From: Tubiluchus corallicola
Lineage: Eukaryota > Animalia > Priapulida
NCBI GenBank assembly: GCA_030141605.1
Contig: JAQGDQ010000014.1
Location: 248,001 to 312,000, forward strand
Reading direction: 5' to 3'
Length of the DNA: 64,000 nt
Position numbers and translations under genes: made by a program. The notes under the pieces were generated by a model. The model saw nothing but the letters and a program-made list of their open reading frames with translations, was not told where the DNA came from and did no database searches. The stretch's first letter is position 1; every line of letters begins with the position of its first letter. Of the stretch, positions 14,181-27,209 are shown piece by piece.

Positions 14181-15573
14181 ACTACTCACACCTGGGCTTT
14201 GTAGTTAAGCCCCACATTTTGGGAGGAGGATGTGCATCCAAGCACACATGTGGGCTTGGATTGCACATGGTAGGAGGGCGCAAGAATCCATGTGGGCTAA
14301 TTGTCTCACATGTGGACTTTGCACATAAGCCCCACATTTGGGAAGGAGGGTGTGCATCCAAATGCACATTGTAGGAGGGTGCAAAACCCAATGTGAGTTA
14401 ACTACTCACACCTGGGCTTTGTACAAGCCCCACATTTTGGGAGGAGAGTGTGCATCCCAGTGCACATGGGCTTGGATTGTACATGGTTGGAGGGTGCAAG
14501 ACCTCATGTGGGCTTACTAGCTTACATGGGGGCCTGCAAATGTGTATGGGGGAAGAAGGGCATGCATATGCATCCAAACCCACATGTGGGCTTGGATTGC
14601 ACATGCTAGGAGGGTGCAAGAGCTCGTGTGGGCTTTCTAGCTCACATGGTGGCGTGTCAATGTGTACAGTGGAAGGAGAGCATGCACATAAGCCCCACAT
14701 GTCGGCAGAAGGCTGTGTATCCAAACCCACATGTGGGCTTGGATTGCACATGGTAGGAGGGCGCAAGGCCCCATGTGGGCTTACATGGGGCATGTAAATG
14801 TGTATGGGAGGAAGAAGGGCATGCATGTGCAACCAAACCCACATGTGGGCTTGGATTGCACATGCTAGGAAGGTGCAAGGCCTCATGTGCGCTTTCTAGC
14901 TCACATTGGGGCATGTAAATGTGTATGGTGGAAGGAGAGCATGCAAATAAGCCCCACCTGCGGGGAGAAGGCTGTGCATCCAAACCCACACGTGGGCTTG
15001 GATTGCACATGGTGGGAGGATGCAAAAACTCATGTGAGCTAATTGTCTCATATGTGGCCTTTGCATGTAAGCCCTACATGTGGGGAGGTAGTAGGCATCC
15101 AAGCTCCTATGTGGGCTTGGATTGTGTGTGGTAGGGGGTGCAAGACCCAATGTGGGTTAACACCTGGGCTTTGTAGTTAAGCCCCACATTTGGCATGGGT
15201 ATGTGCATGTGCATCCAAACTCACATGTGGGCTTGGATTGCACATGCAAGGAGGGTGCAAGACCTCATGTGGGCTTTCTAGCTCACATGGGGGCATGTAA
15301 ATGTGTATGGGAGGAAAAAGGGCGGGCATGCATGTGCATCCAAACCCACATGTGGGCTTGGATTGCACATGCAAGGAGGGTGCAAGACCTCATGTGGGCT
15401 TTCTAACTCACATGGGGGCATGCAAATGTACATGGTGGAAGGAGAGCATGCATGTAAGCCTGACACGTGCGAAGAAGGCTGTGCATCCAAACCCACACAT
15501 GGGCTTGGATTGCATGTGGTAGGAGGGTGCAAGACCTCATGTGGGTTTTCTAGCTCACATGGGGGCATGTAAA

Positions 15574-16100
15574 GGTGTTAAACAAGGATCCCCTTCCTCG
15601 TGTTTCCTGTTCACACTCTACGTTAATAAACTTATAAGAAACCTCAAGGAAAAGTGCAGACCAGACGGTTTTCTAGGGAGGCTTCACTGTTTGTTATTGA
15701 TGGATGATACTGTTATCCTATCGACGACCAGAGAAGGACTTCTGGAAAAGATAGGCATCCTTAAAGAATTTTGTCGTGAGTCAGGAATGGTAATTAACGA
15801 ATCTAAAACCAAATTTATGGTTATTAACGGTAACGAAATGATAAAAGGGTTATTATCCGCGAGAACATAGTAATTATTATATGTGAGTATTACGTTTATC
15901 TCGGATCTGTGTTCTGTGCTTCAGGAAAATTACAGCCCTCACTGGAAAAACATTGCGAAGAAAAGTTTACCCATGTTCTTAAATATGTATCATTTGTGGA
16001 CAAAAACTCACTATTCCCATTCTAGGTTAAGAAGAAAGTGATGGACGAGGCCCTGCTATCATCTATTTTCTACAGCTGTGAATCTTGGTTGACTGGCAAT
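15574..16100 (+). mobile_element. Non-LTR retrotransposon RT fragment (527 bp, disabled), copy 1, embedded in satellite
   Basis: Translates GVKQGSPSSCFLF...LLLMDDTVILS...GMVINESKTKFMVI...YVYLG (RT domains 4-7). Has a frameshift near 15840 and an in-frame TAG at ~16023. Confidence 0.93.
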
Positions 16101-17975
16101 GTAAATGTGTATGGATTGCAATGTGGGCTTGGATTGCAAATGCTAGGAGGGTGCAAGACCTCATGTGGGCTTTCTAGCTCACATGGGGGCATGTAAATGT
16201 GTATGGTGGAAGGAGAGCATGCAAATAAGCCCAGCCTGTGGGTAGAAGGCTGTGCATCCAAACTTACATGTGGGCTTGGATTGCACATGCAAGGAGGGCG
16301 CAAGAATCCATGTGGGCTTTCTAGCTCACATGGTTGCATGTAAATGTGTACAGTGGAAGGAGAGCATGCACATAAGCCCCACATGTGGGGAGAAGGATGT
16401 GCATCCAAACCCACATGTGGGTTTAGATTGCACATGGTAGGAGGGTGCAAGACCCCATGTGGGCTTACTAGCTCACACAGGGGCCTGCAAATGTGTATGG
16501 GAGGAAGAAGGGCATGCATGTGCATCCAAACTTACATGTGGGCTTGGATTGCACATGCAAGGAGGGTGCAAGACCTCATGTGGGCTTTCTAGCTCACATG
16601 GGGGCATGTAAATGTGTATGGTGGAAGGAGAGCATGCAAATAAGCCCAGCCTGTGGGGAGAAGGCTGTGCATCCAAACTTACCTGTGGGCTTGGATTGCA
16701 CATGCAAGGAGGGCGCAAGAATCCATGTGGGCTTTCTAGCTCACATGGTTGCATGTAAATGTGTACAGTGGAAGGAGAGCATGCACATAAGCCCCACATG
16801 TGGGGAGAAGGATGTGCATCCAAACCCACATGTGGGTTTAGATTGCACATGGTAGGAGGGTGCAAGACCCCATGTGGGCTTACTAGCTCACACAGGGGCC
16901 TGCAAATGTGTATGGGAGGAAGAAGGGCATGCATGTGCATCCAAACTTACATGTGGGCTTGGATTGCACATGCAAGGAGGGTGCAAGACCTCATGTGGGC
17001 TTTCTAGCTCACATGGTGGCATGTAAATGTGTATAGTGGAAGGAGAGCATGCACATAAGCCCCACATGTGGGGAGAAGGCTGTGCATCCAAACCCACATG
17101 TGGGCTTGGATTGCATATGGTAGGAGGGTGCAAGAACTCATGTGAGCTAATTGTCTCACACGAGGCCTTTGCACGTAAGCCCTACATGTGGGAGGTAGTA
17201 GGCATCCAAGCTCCTATGTGGGCTTGGATTGTGTGTGGTAGGGTGTGCAAGACCCAATGTGGGTTATCTACTCACACCTGGGCTTCGTAGTTAAGCCCCA
17301 CATTTTGGGAGGAGGATGTGCATCCAAGCACACAAGTGGGTTTGGATTGCACATGGTAGCAGGGCGCAAGAATCGATGTGGGCTTTCTAGCTCACATGGT
17401 GGCATGTAAATCTGTACAGTGGAAGGACAGCATGCACATAAGCCCCACATGTGGGAAAAGGATGTGCATCCAAGCCCACATGTGGGTTTGGATTGCACAT
17501 GGCAGGAGGGTGCAAGACCCCATGTGGGCTTTCTAGCTCACATGGGGGTATGTAAATGTGTATGGTGGAAGGAGAGCATGCAAATAAGCCCCACCTGTGG
17601 GGAGAAGGCTGTGCATCCAAACCCACATGTGGGCTTGGATTGCACATGGTAGGAGGGCGCAAGACCCCATGTGGGCTTTCTAGCTCACATGGTGGCATGT
17701 AAATGTGTACAGTGGAAGGAGAGCATGCACATAAGCCCCACATGTGGGGAGAAGGCTGTGCATCCAAACCCACATGTGGGCTTGGATTGCACATGGTAGG
17801 AGGGTGCAAAAACTCATGTGAGCTAATTGTCTCACACGAGGCCTTTGCATGTAAGCCCTACATGTGGGGAGGTAGTAGGCATCCAAGCTCCTATGTGGAT
17901 TGAATTGTGTGTGGTAGGGGTTACAAGACCCAATGTGGGTTAACTACTCACACCTGGGCTTTGTAGTTAAGCCCC

Positions 17976-18135
17976 GTTTTGTCAATATAGCTAAATAGAT
18001 GAATAGAATTTGATGTACGTGTCAGATGTTTCAGATTGCTCTAAGTGAGCTCTGATTAGATGTTTCAGAATGTCTGTGGATCTTAACTGATTATTGAGAT
18101 CAGGTATAAATGCCTTCAGACATGAACAGACCTGT
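17976..18135. other. Unique ~160-bp AT-rich non-satellite insert replacing ~30 bp of a monomer
   Basis: The satellite breaks after TTAAGCCCC (17975) and resumes at ACACGTGTGGGTTTGG. No TSD is present. Confidence 0.85.
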
Positions 18136-20050
18136 ACACGTGTGGGTTTGGATTGCACATGGTAGGAGGGCGCAAGGCCCCATGTGGGCTTACATGGGGC
18201 ATGTAAATGTGTATGGGAGGAAGAAGGGCATGCATGTGTATCCAAACCCACATGTGGGCTTGGATTGCACATGCTAGGAGGGTGCAAGGCCTCATGTGCG
18301 CTTTCTAGCTCACATTGGGGCATGTAAATGTGTATGGTGGAAGGAGAGCATGCAAATAAGCCCCACCTGCGGGGAGAAGGCTGTGCATCCAAACCCACAC
18401 GTGGGCTTGGATTGCACATGGTAGGAGGGTGCAAAAACTCATGTGAGCTAATTGTCTCACACGAGGCCTTTGCATGTAAGCCCTACATGTGGGGAGGTAG
18501 TAGGCATCCAAGCTCCTATGTGGATTGAATTGTGTGTGGTAGGGGTTACAAGACCCAATGTGGGTTAACTACTCACACCTGGGCTTTGTAGTTAAGCCCC
18601 ACATTTTGGGAGGAGGATGTGCATCCAAGCACACAAGTGGGTTTGGATTGCACATGGTAGGAGGGCGCAAGGCCCCATGTGGGCTTACATGGGGCATGTA
18701 AATGTGTATGGGAGGAAGAAGGGCATGCATGTGCATCCAAACCCACATGTGGGTTTGGATTGCACATGCTAGGAGGGTGCAAGACCTCATGTGGGCTTTC
18801 TAGCTCACATGGGGGCATGTAAATGTGTATGGGAGGAAGAAGGGCGGGCATGCATGTGCATCCAAACCCACATGTGGGCTTGGATTGCACATGGTAGGAG
18901 GGCGCAAGAATCCATGTGGGCTAATTGTCTCACATGTGGACTTTGCACATAAGCCCCACATTTGGGAAGGAGGGTGTGCATCCAAATGCACATTGTAGGA
19001 GGGTGCAAAACCCAATGTGAGTTAACTACTCACACCTGGGCTTTGTACAAGCCCCACATTTTGGGAGGAGAGTGTGCATCCCAGTGCACATGGGCTTGGA
19101 TTGTACATGGTTGGAGGGTGCAAGACCTCATGTGGGCTTACTAGCTTACATGGGGGCCTGCAAATGTGTATGGGGGAAGAAGGGCATGCATATGCATCCA
19201 AACCCACATGTGGGCTTGGATTGCACATGCTAGGAGGGTGCAAGAGCTCGTGTGGGCTTACATGGGGCATGTAAATGTGTATGGGAGGAAGAAGGGCATG
19301 CATGTGCAACCAAACCCACATGTGGGCTTGGATTGCACATGCTAGGAAGGTGCAAGGCCTCATGTGCGCTTTCTAGCTCACATTGGGGCATGTAAATGTG
19401 TATGGTGGAAGGAGAGCATGCAAATAAGCCCCACCTGCGGGGAGAAGGCTGTGCATCCAAACCCACACGTGGGCTTGGATTGCACATGGTGGGAGGATGC
19501 AAAAACTCATGTGAGCTAATTGTCTCATATGTGGCCTTTGCATGTAAGCCCTACATGTGGGGAGGTAGTAGGCATCCAAGCTCCTATGTGGGCTTGGATT
19601 GTGTGTGGTAGGGGGTGCAAGACCCAATGTGGGTTAACACCTGGGCTTTGTAGTTAAGCCCCACATTTGGCATGGGTATGTGCATGTGCATCCAAACTCA
19701 CATGTGGGCTTGGATTGCACATGCAAGGAGGGTGCAAGACCTCATGTGGGCTTTCTAGCTCACATGGGGGCATGTAAATGTGTATGGGAGGAAAAAGGGC
19801 GGGCATGCATGTGCATCCAAACCCACATGTGGGCTTGGATTGCACATGCAAGGAGGGTGCAAGACCTCATGTGGGCTTTCTAACTCACATGGGGGCATGC
19901 AAATGTACATGGTGGAAGGAGAGCATGCATGTAAGCCTGACACGTGCGAAGAAGGCTGTGCATCCAAACCCACACATGGGCTTGGATTGCATGTGGTAGG
20001 AGGGTGCAAGACCTCATGTGGGTTTTCTAGCTCACATGGGGGCATGTAAA

Positions 20051-20577
20051 GGTGTTAAACAAGGATCCCCTTCCTCGTGTTTCCTGTTCACACTCTACGT
20101 TAATAAACTTATAAGAAACCTCAAGGAAAAGTGCAGACCAGACGGTTTTCTAGGGAGGCTTCACTGTTTGTTATTGATGGATGATACTGTTATCCTATCG
20201 ACGACCAGAGAAGGACTTCTGGAAAGGATAGGCATCCTTAAAGAATTTTGTCGTGAGTCAGGAATGGTAATTAACGAATCTAAAACCAAATTTATGGTTA
20301 TTAACGGTAACGAAATGATAAAAGGGTTATTATCCGCGAGAACATAGTAATTAGGATATGTGAGTATTACGTTTATCTCGGATCTGTGTTCTGTGCTTCA
20401 GGAAAGTTACAGCCCTCACTGGAAAAACATTGCGAAGAAAAGTTTACCCATGTTCTTAAATATGTATCATTTGTGGACAAAAACTCACTATTCCCATTCT
20501 AGGTTAAGAAGAAAGTGATGGACGAGGCCCTGCTATCATCTATTTTCTACAGCTGTGAATCTTGGTTGACTGGCAAT
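20051..20577 (+). mobile_element. Non-LTR retrotransposon RT fragment (527 bp, disabled), copy 2, embedded in satellite
   Basis: Same two junctions and same disablements as 15574-16100 at offset 4477; differs by a few substitutions. Confidence 0.93.
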
Positions 20578-23500
20578 GTAAATGTGTATGGATTGCAATG
20601 TGGGCTTGGATTGCAAATGCTAGGAGGGTGCAAGACCTCATGTGGGCTTTCTAGCTCACATGGGGGCATGTAAATGTGTATGGTGGAAGGAGAGCATGCA
20701 AATAAGCCCAGCCTGTGGGTAGAAGGCTGTGCATCCAAACTTACATGTGGGCTTGGATTGCACATGCAAGGAGGGCGCAAGAATCCATGTGGGCTTTCTA
20801 GCTCACATGGTTGCATGTAAATGTGTACAGTGGAAGGAGAGCATGCACATAAGCCCCACATGTGGGGAGAAGGATGTGCATCCAAACCCACATGTGGGTT
20901 TAGATTGCACATGGTAGGAGGGTGCAAGACCCCATGTGGGCTTACTAGCTCACACAGGGGCCTGCAAATGTGTATGGGAGGAAGAAGGGCATGCATGTGC
21001 ATCCAAACTTACATGTGGGCTTGGATTGCACATGCAAGGAGGGTGCAAGACCTCATGTGGGCTTTCTAGCTCACATGGGGGTATGTAAATGTGTATGGTG
21101 GAAGGATAGCATGCAAATAAGCCCCACCTGTGGGGAGAAGGCTGTGCATCCAAACCCACATGTGGGCTTGGATTGCACATGGTAGGAGGGCGCAAGACCC
21201 CATGTGGGCTTTCTAGCTCACATGGTGGCATGTAAATGTGTATAGTGGAAGGAGAGCATGCACATAAGCCCCACATGTGGGGAGAAGGCTGTGCATCCAA
21301 ACCCACATGTGGGCTTGGATTGCATATGGTAGGAGGGTGCAAGAACTCATGTGAGCTAATTGTCTCACACGAGGCCTTTGCACGTAAGCCCTACATGTGG
21401 GAGGTAGTAGGCATCCAAGCTCCTATGTGGGCTTGGATTGTGTGTGGTAGGGTGTGCAAGACCCAATGTGGGTTATCTACTCACACCTGGGCTTTGTAGT
21501 TAAGCCCCACATTTTGGGAGGAGGATGTGCATCCAAGCACACAAGTGGGTTTGGATTGCACATGGTAGGAGGGCGCAAGAATCGATGTGGGCTTTCTAGC
21601 TCACATGGTGGCATGTAAATGTGTACAGTGGAAGGAGAGCATGCACATAAGCCCCACATGTAGGAAAAGGATGTGCATCCAAGCCCACATGTGGGTTTGG
21701 ATTGCACATGGTAGGAGGGTGCAAGACCCCATGTGGGCTTTCTAGCTCACATGGGGGTATGTAAATGTGTATGGTGGAAGGAGAGCATGCAAATAAGCCC
21801 CACCTGTGGGGAGAAGGCTGTGCATCCAAATCCACATGTGGGCTTGGATTGCACATGGTAGGAGGGCGCAAGACCCCATGTGGGCTTTCTAGCTCACATG
21901 GGGGCATGCAAATGTGCAGAATGGAGGGAGGACATGCATATAAGTGGTAAAACAGGGGAGGAGGGTGTGCATCCGAACCCACACGTGGGCTTGGATTGCA
22001 CATGCTAGGAGGGTGCAAGACCTCATGTGGGCTTTCTAGCTTTCATGGGGGCATGTAAATGTGTATGGTGGAAGAAGAGCATGCACATAAGCCCCACATC
22101 TGTGGAGAAGCCTGTGCATCCAAACCCACATGTGGGCTTGCCATGCAGATGGTAGGAGGGTGCAAGAACTCATGTGAGCTAATTGTCTCACATGTGGCCT
22201 TTGCATGTAAGCCCTACATGTGGGGAGGTAGTAGGCATATAGGCTCCTATGTGGGCCTGGATTGTGTGTGGTAGGGTGTGCAAGACCCAATGTGGGTTAA
22301 CTACTCACACCTTGGGCTTTGTAGTTAAGCCCCTCATTTTGGGAGGAAGGTGTACATCCAAGCACACAAGTGGGTTTGGATTGCACATGGTAGGAGGGCG
22401 CAAGGCCCCATGTGGGCTTACATGGGGCATGTAAATGTGTATGGGAGAAGGGCATGCATGTGCATCCAAACCCACATGTGGGCTTGGATTGCACATGCTA
22501 GGAGGGTGCAAGGCCTCATGTGCGCTTTCTAGCTCACATTGGGGCATGTAAATGTGTATGGTGGAAGGAGAGCATGCAAATAAGCCCCACCTGCGGGGAG
22601 AAGGCTGTGCATCCAAACCCACACGTGGGCTTGGATTGCACATGGTAGGAGGGTGCAAAAACTCATGTGAGCTAATTGTCTCACACGAGGCCTGTGCATG
22701 TAAGCCCTACATGTGGGGAGGTAGTAGGCATCCAAGCTCCTATGTGGATTGAATTGTGTGTGGTAGGGGTTACAAGACCCAATGTGGGTTAACTACTCAC
22801 ACCTGGGCTTTGTAGTTAAGCCCCACATTTTGGGAGGAGGATGTGCATCCAAGCACACAAGTGGGTTTGGATTGCACATGGTAGGAGGGCGCAAGGCCCC
22901 ATGTGGGCTTACATGGGGCATGTAAATGTGTATGGGAGGAAGAAGGGCATGCATGTGCATCCAAACCCACATGTGGGTTTGGATTGCACATGCTAGGAGG
23001 GGGCAAGACCTCATGTGGGCTTTCTAGCTCACATGGGGGCATGTAAATGTGTATGGGAGGAAGAAGGGCGGGCATGCATGTGCATCCAAACCCACATGTG
23101 GGCTTGGATTGCACATGGTAGGAGGGCGCAAGAATCCATGTGGGCTAATTGTCTCACATGTGGACTTTGCACATAAGCCCCACATTTGGGAAGGAGGGTG
23201 TGCATCCAAATGCACATTGTAGGAGGGTGCAAGACCCAATGTGAGTTAACTACTCACACCTGGGCTTTGTACAAGCCCCACATTTTGGGAGGAGAGTGTG
23301 CATCCCAGTGCACATGGGCTTGGATTGTACATGGTTGGAGGGTGCAAGACCTCATGTGGGCTTACTAGCTTACATGGGGGCCTGCAAATGTGTCTGGGGG
23401 AAGAAGGGCATGCATATGCATCCAAACCCACATGTGGGCTTGGATTGCACATGCTAGGAGGGTGCAAGAGCTCGTGTGGGCTTTCTAGCTCACATGGTGG

Positions 23501-26500
23501 CGTGTCAATGTGTACAGTGGAAGGAGAGCATGCACATAAGCCCCACATGTCGGCAGAAGGCTGTGTATCCAAACCCACATGTGGGCTTGGATTGCACATG
23601 GTAGGAGGGCGCAAGGCCCCATGTGGGCTTACATGGGGCATGTAAATGTGTATGGGAGGAAGAAGGGCATGCATGTGCAGCCAAACCCATGTGGGCTTGG
23701 ATTGCACATGCTAAAGAAAGTGAGCCTCATGTGCGCTTTCTAGCTCATTAAGGCATGTAAATGTATGGTGGAAGAGCATGCAAACAAGCCCCACCTGCAG
23801 GGGAGAAGGCTGTGCATCCAAACCCACACGTGGAGGCAGATTGCACATGGTAGGAAGGCGCAAGACCCCATGTGGGCTTTCTAGCTCACATGGTGGCATG
23901 TAAATGTGTACAGTGGAAGGAGAGCATGCACATAAGCCCCACATGTGGGGAGAAGGCTGTGCATCCAAACCCACATGTGGGCTTGGATTGCACATGGTAG
24001 GAGGGTGCAAGAACTCATGTGAGCTAATTGTCTCACACGAGGCCTTTGCACGTAAGCCGTACATGTGGGAGGTAGTAGGCCTCCAAGCTCCTATGTGGGC
24101 TTGGATTGTGTGTGGTAGGGGGTGCAATACCCAATGTGGGTTAACTACTCACACCTGGGCTTTGTAGTTAAGCCCCACATTTTGGGAGGAGGATGTGCAT
24201 CCAAGCACACAAGTGGGTTTGGATTGCACATGGTAGGAGGGCGCAAGAATCGATGTGGGCTTTCTAGCTCACATGGTGGCATGTAAATGTGTACAGTGGA
24301 AGGAGAGCATGCACATAAGCCCCACATGTTGGAAAAGGATGTGCATCCAAGCCCACATGTTGGTTTGGATTGCACATGGTAGGAGGGTGCAAGACCCCAT
24401 ATGGGCTTACTAGCTCACACTGGGGCCTGCAAATGTGTATGGGAGGAAGAAGGGCATGCATGTACATCCAAACTTACATGTGGGCTTGGATTGCACATGC
24501 AAGGAGGGTGCAAGACCTCATGTGAGCTTTCTAGCTCACATGGGGGCATGTAAATGTGTATGGTGGAAGGAGAGCGTGCAAATAAACACCACCTGTGGGG
24601 AGAAGGCTGTGCATCCAAACCCACATGTGGGCTTGGATTGCACATGGTAGGAGGGCGCAAGACCCCATGTGGGCTTTCTAGCTCACATGGGGGCATGCAA
24701 ATGTGCAGAATGGAGGGAGGACATGCATATAAGTGGTAAAACAGGGGAGGAGGGTGTGCATCCGAACCCACACGTGGGCTTGGATTGCACATGCTAGGAG
24801 GGTGCAAGACCTCATGTGGGCTTTCTAGCTTTCATGGGGGCATGTAAATGTGTATGGTGGAAGAAGAGCATGCACATAAGCCCCACATCTGTGGAGAAGC
24901 CTGTGCATCCAAACCCACATGTGGGCTTGCCATGCAGATGGTAGGAGGGTGCAAGAACTCATGTGAGCTAATTGTCTCACATGTGGCCTTTGCATGTAAG
25001 CCCTACATGTGGGGAGGTAGTAGGCATATAGGCTCCTATGTGGGCCTGGATTGTGTGTGGTAGGGTGTGCAAGACCCAATGTGGGTTAACTACTCACACC
25101 TTGGGCTTTGTAGTTAAGCCCCTCATTTTGGGAGGAAGGTGTACATCCAAGCACACAAGTGGGTTTGGATTGCACATGGTAGGAGGGCGCAAGGCCCCAT
25201 GTGGGCTTACATGGGGCATGTAAATGTGTATGGGAGAAGGGCATGCATGTGCATCCAAACCCACATGTGGGCTTGGATTGCACATGCTAGGAGGGTGCAA
25301 GGCCTCATGTGCGCTTTCTAGCTCACATTGGGGCATGTAAATGTGTATGGTGGAAGGAGAGCATGCAAATAAGCCCCACCTGCGGGGAGAAGGCTGTGCA
25401 TCCAAACCCACACGTGGGCTTGGATTGCACATGGTAGGAGGGTGCAAAAACTCATGTGAGCTAATTGTCTCACACGAGGCCTTTGCATGTAAGCCCTACA
25501 TGTGGGGAGGTAGTAGGCATATAGGCTCCTATGTGGGCCTGAATTGTGTGTGGTAGGGTGTGCAAGACCCAATGTGGGTTAACTACTCACACCTGGGCTT
25601 TGTAGTTAAGCCCCACATTTTGGGAGGAGGATGTGCATCCAAGCACACAAGTGGGTTTGGATTGCACATGGTAGGAGGGCGCAAGGCCCCATGTGGGCTT
25701 ACATGGGGCATGTAAATGTGTATGGGAGGAAGAAGGGCATGCATGTGCATCCAAACCCACATGTGGGTTTGGATTGCACATGCTAGGAGGGTGCAAGACC
25801 TCATGTGGGCTTTCTAGCTCACATGGGGGCATGTAAATGTGTATGGGAGGAAGAAGGGCGGGCATGCATGTGCATCCAAACCCACATGTGGGCTTGGATT
25901 GCACATGGTAGGAGGGCGCAAGAATCCATGTGGGCTAATTGTCTCACATGTGGACTTTGCACATAAGCCCCACATTTGGGAAGGAGGGTGTGCATCCAAA
26001 TGCACATTGTAGGAGGGTGCAAGACCCAATGTGAGTTAACTACTCACACCTGGGCTTTGTACAAGCCCCACATTTTGGGAGGAGAGTGTGCATCCCAGTG
26101 CACATGGGCTTGGATTGTACATGGTTGGAGGGTGCAAGACCTCATGTGGGCTTACTAGCTTACATGGGGGCCTGCAAATGTGTATGGGGGAAGAAGGGCA
26201 TGCATATGCATCCAAACCCACATGTGGGCTTGGATTGCACATGCTAGGAGGGTGCAAGAGCTCGTGTGGGCTTTCTAGCTCACATGGTGGCGTGTCAATG
26301 TGTACAGTGGAAGGAGAGCATGCACATAAGCCCCACATGTCGGCAGAAGGCTGTGCATCCAAACCCACATGTGGGCTTGGATTGCACATGGTAGGAAGGC
26401 GCAAGGCCCCATGTGGGCTTACATGGGGCATGTAAATGTGTATGGGAGGAAGAAGGGCATGCATGTGCAACCAAACCCACATGTGGGCTTGGATTGCACA

Positions 26501-27209
26501 TGCTAGGAAGGTGCAAGGCCTCATGTGCGCTTTCTAGCTCACATTGGGGCATGTAAATGTGTATGGTGGAAGGAGAGCATGCAAATAAGCCCCACCTGCG
26601 GGGAGAAGGCTGTGCATCCAAACCCACACGTGGGCTTGGATTGCACATGGTGGGAGGATGCAAAAACTCATGTGAGCTAATTGTCTCATATGTGGCCTTT
26701 GCATGTAAGCCCTACATGTGGGGAGGTAGTAGGCATCCAAGCTCCTATGTGGGCTTGGATTGTGTGTGGTAGGGGGTGCAAGACCCAATGTGGGTTAACA
26801 CCTGGGCTTTGTAGTTAAGCCCCACATTTGGCATGGGTATGTGCATGTGCATCCAAACTCACATGTGGGCTTGGATTGCACATGCAAGGAGGGTGCAAGA
26901 CCTCATGTGGGCTTTCTAGCTCACATGGGGGCATGTAAATGTGTATGGGAGGAAAAAGGGCGGGCATGCATGTGCATCCAAACCCACATGTGGGCTTGGA
27001 TTGCACATGCAAGGAGGGTGCAAGACCTCATGTGGGCTTTCTAACTCACATGGGGGCATGCAAATGTACATGGTGGAAGGAGTGCATGCATGTAAGCCTG
27101 ACACGTGCGAAGAAGGCTGTGCATCCAAACCCACACATGGGCTTGGATTGCATGTGGTTGGAGGGTGCAAGACCTCATGTGGGTTCTAGCTCACATGGGG
27201 GCATGTAAA

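Larger units (their letters stand above)
1..27209. repeat. Complex tandem satellite array, ~147-bp monomer with shorter variants, organised in higher-order repeats (continues beyond window start)
   Basis: The AGCTCAC anchor recurs at 8974/9121 and 16591/16738/16885 (147 bp) and 16470/16591 (121 bp). The conserved core is GTGCATCCAAACCCACATGTGGGCTTGGATTGCACATG. Identical spurious ORFs recur at offsets 979, 495, 415, 2865, 3352, 4477 and 2789. Confidence 0.97.

Noticed and set aside
15541-15870. Functional satellite-RT fusion protein (109-aa ORF)
   Set aside because: It lacks RT domains 1-3, starts at a non-ATG codon in satellite, and ends at a frameshift shared by all copies.
13-27208. Hundreds of Pro/His/Cys-rich ORFs, including a 49-aa repeat (MPPCELESPH...) open across 147-bp monomers
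   Set aside because: They are by-products of the satellite. Non-triplet monomer variants (121, 125, 112 bp) break the frames constantly, ORFs occur in all six frames, and no splice structure is evident.
1-27209. CRISPR-like appearance (palindromic repeat plus intervening sequence)
   Set aside because: The intervening segments are homologous to each other rather than unique spacers, there are no cas genes, and the context is eukaryotic and intron-rich.
1-27209. Satellite-encoded hammerhead ribozyme or retrozyme
   Set aside because: No CTGANGA...GAAA core was seen in the monomer on either strand. A covariance-model search would be needed to exclude other ribozymes.
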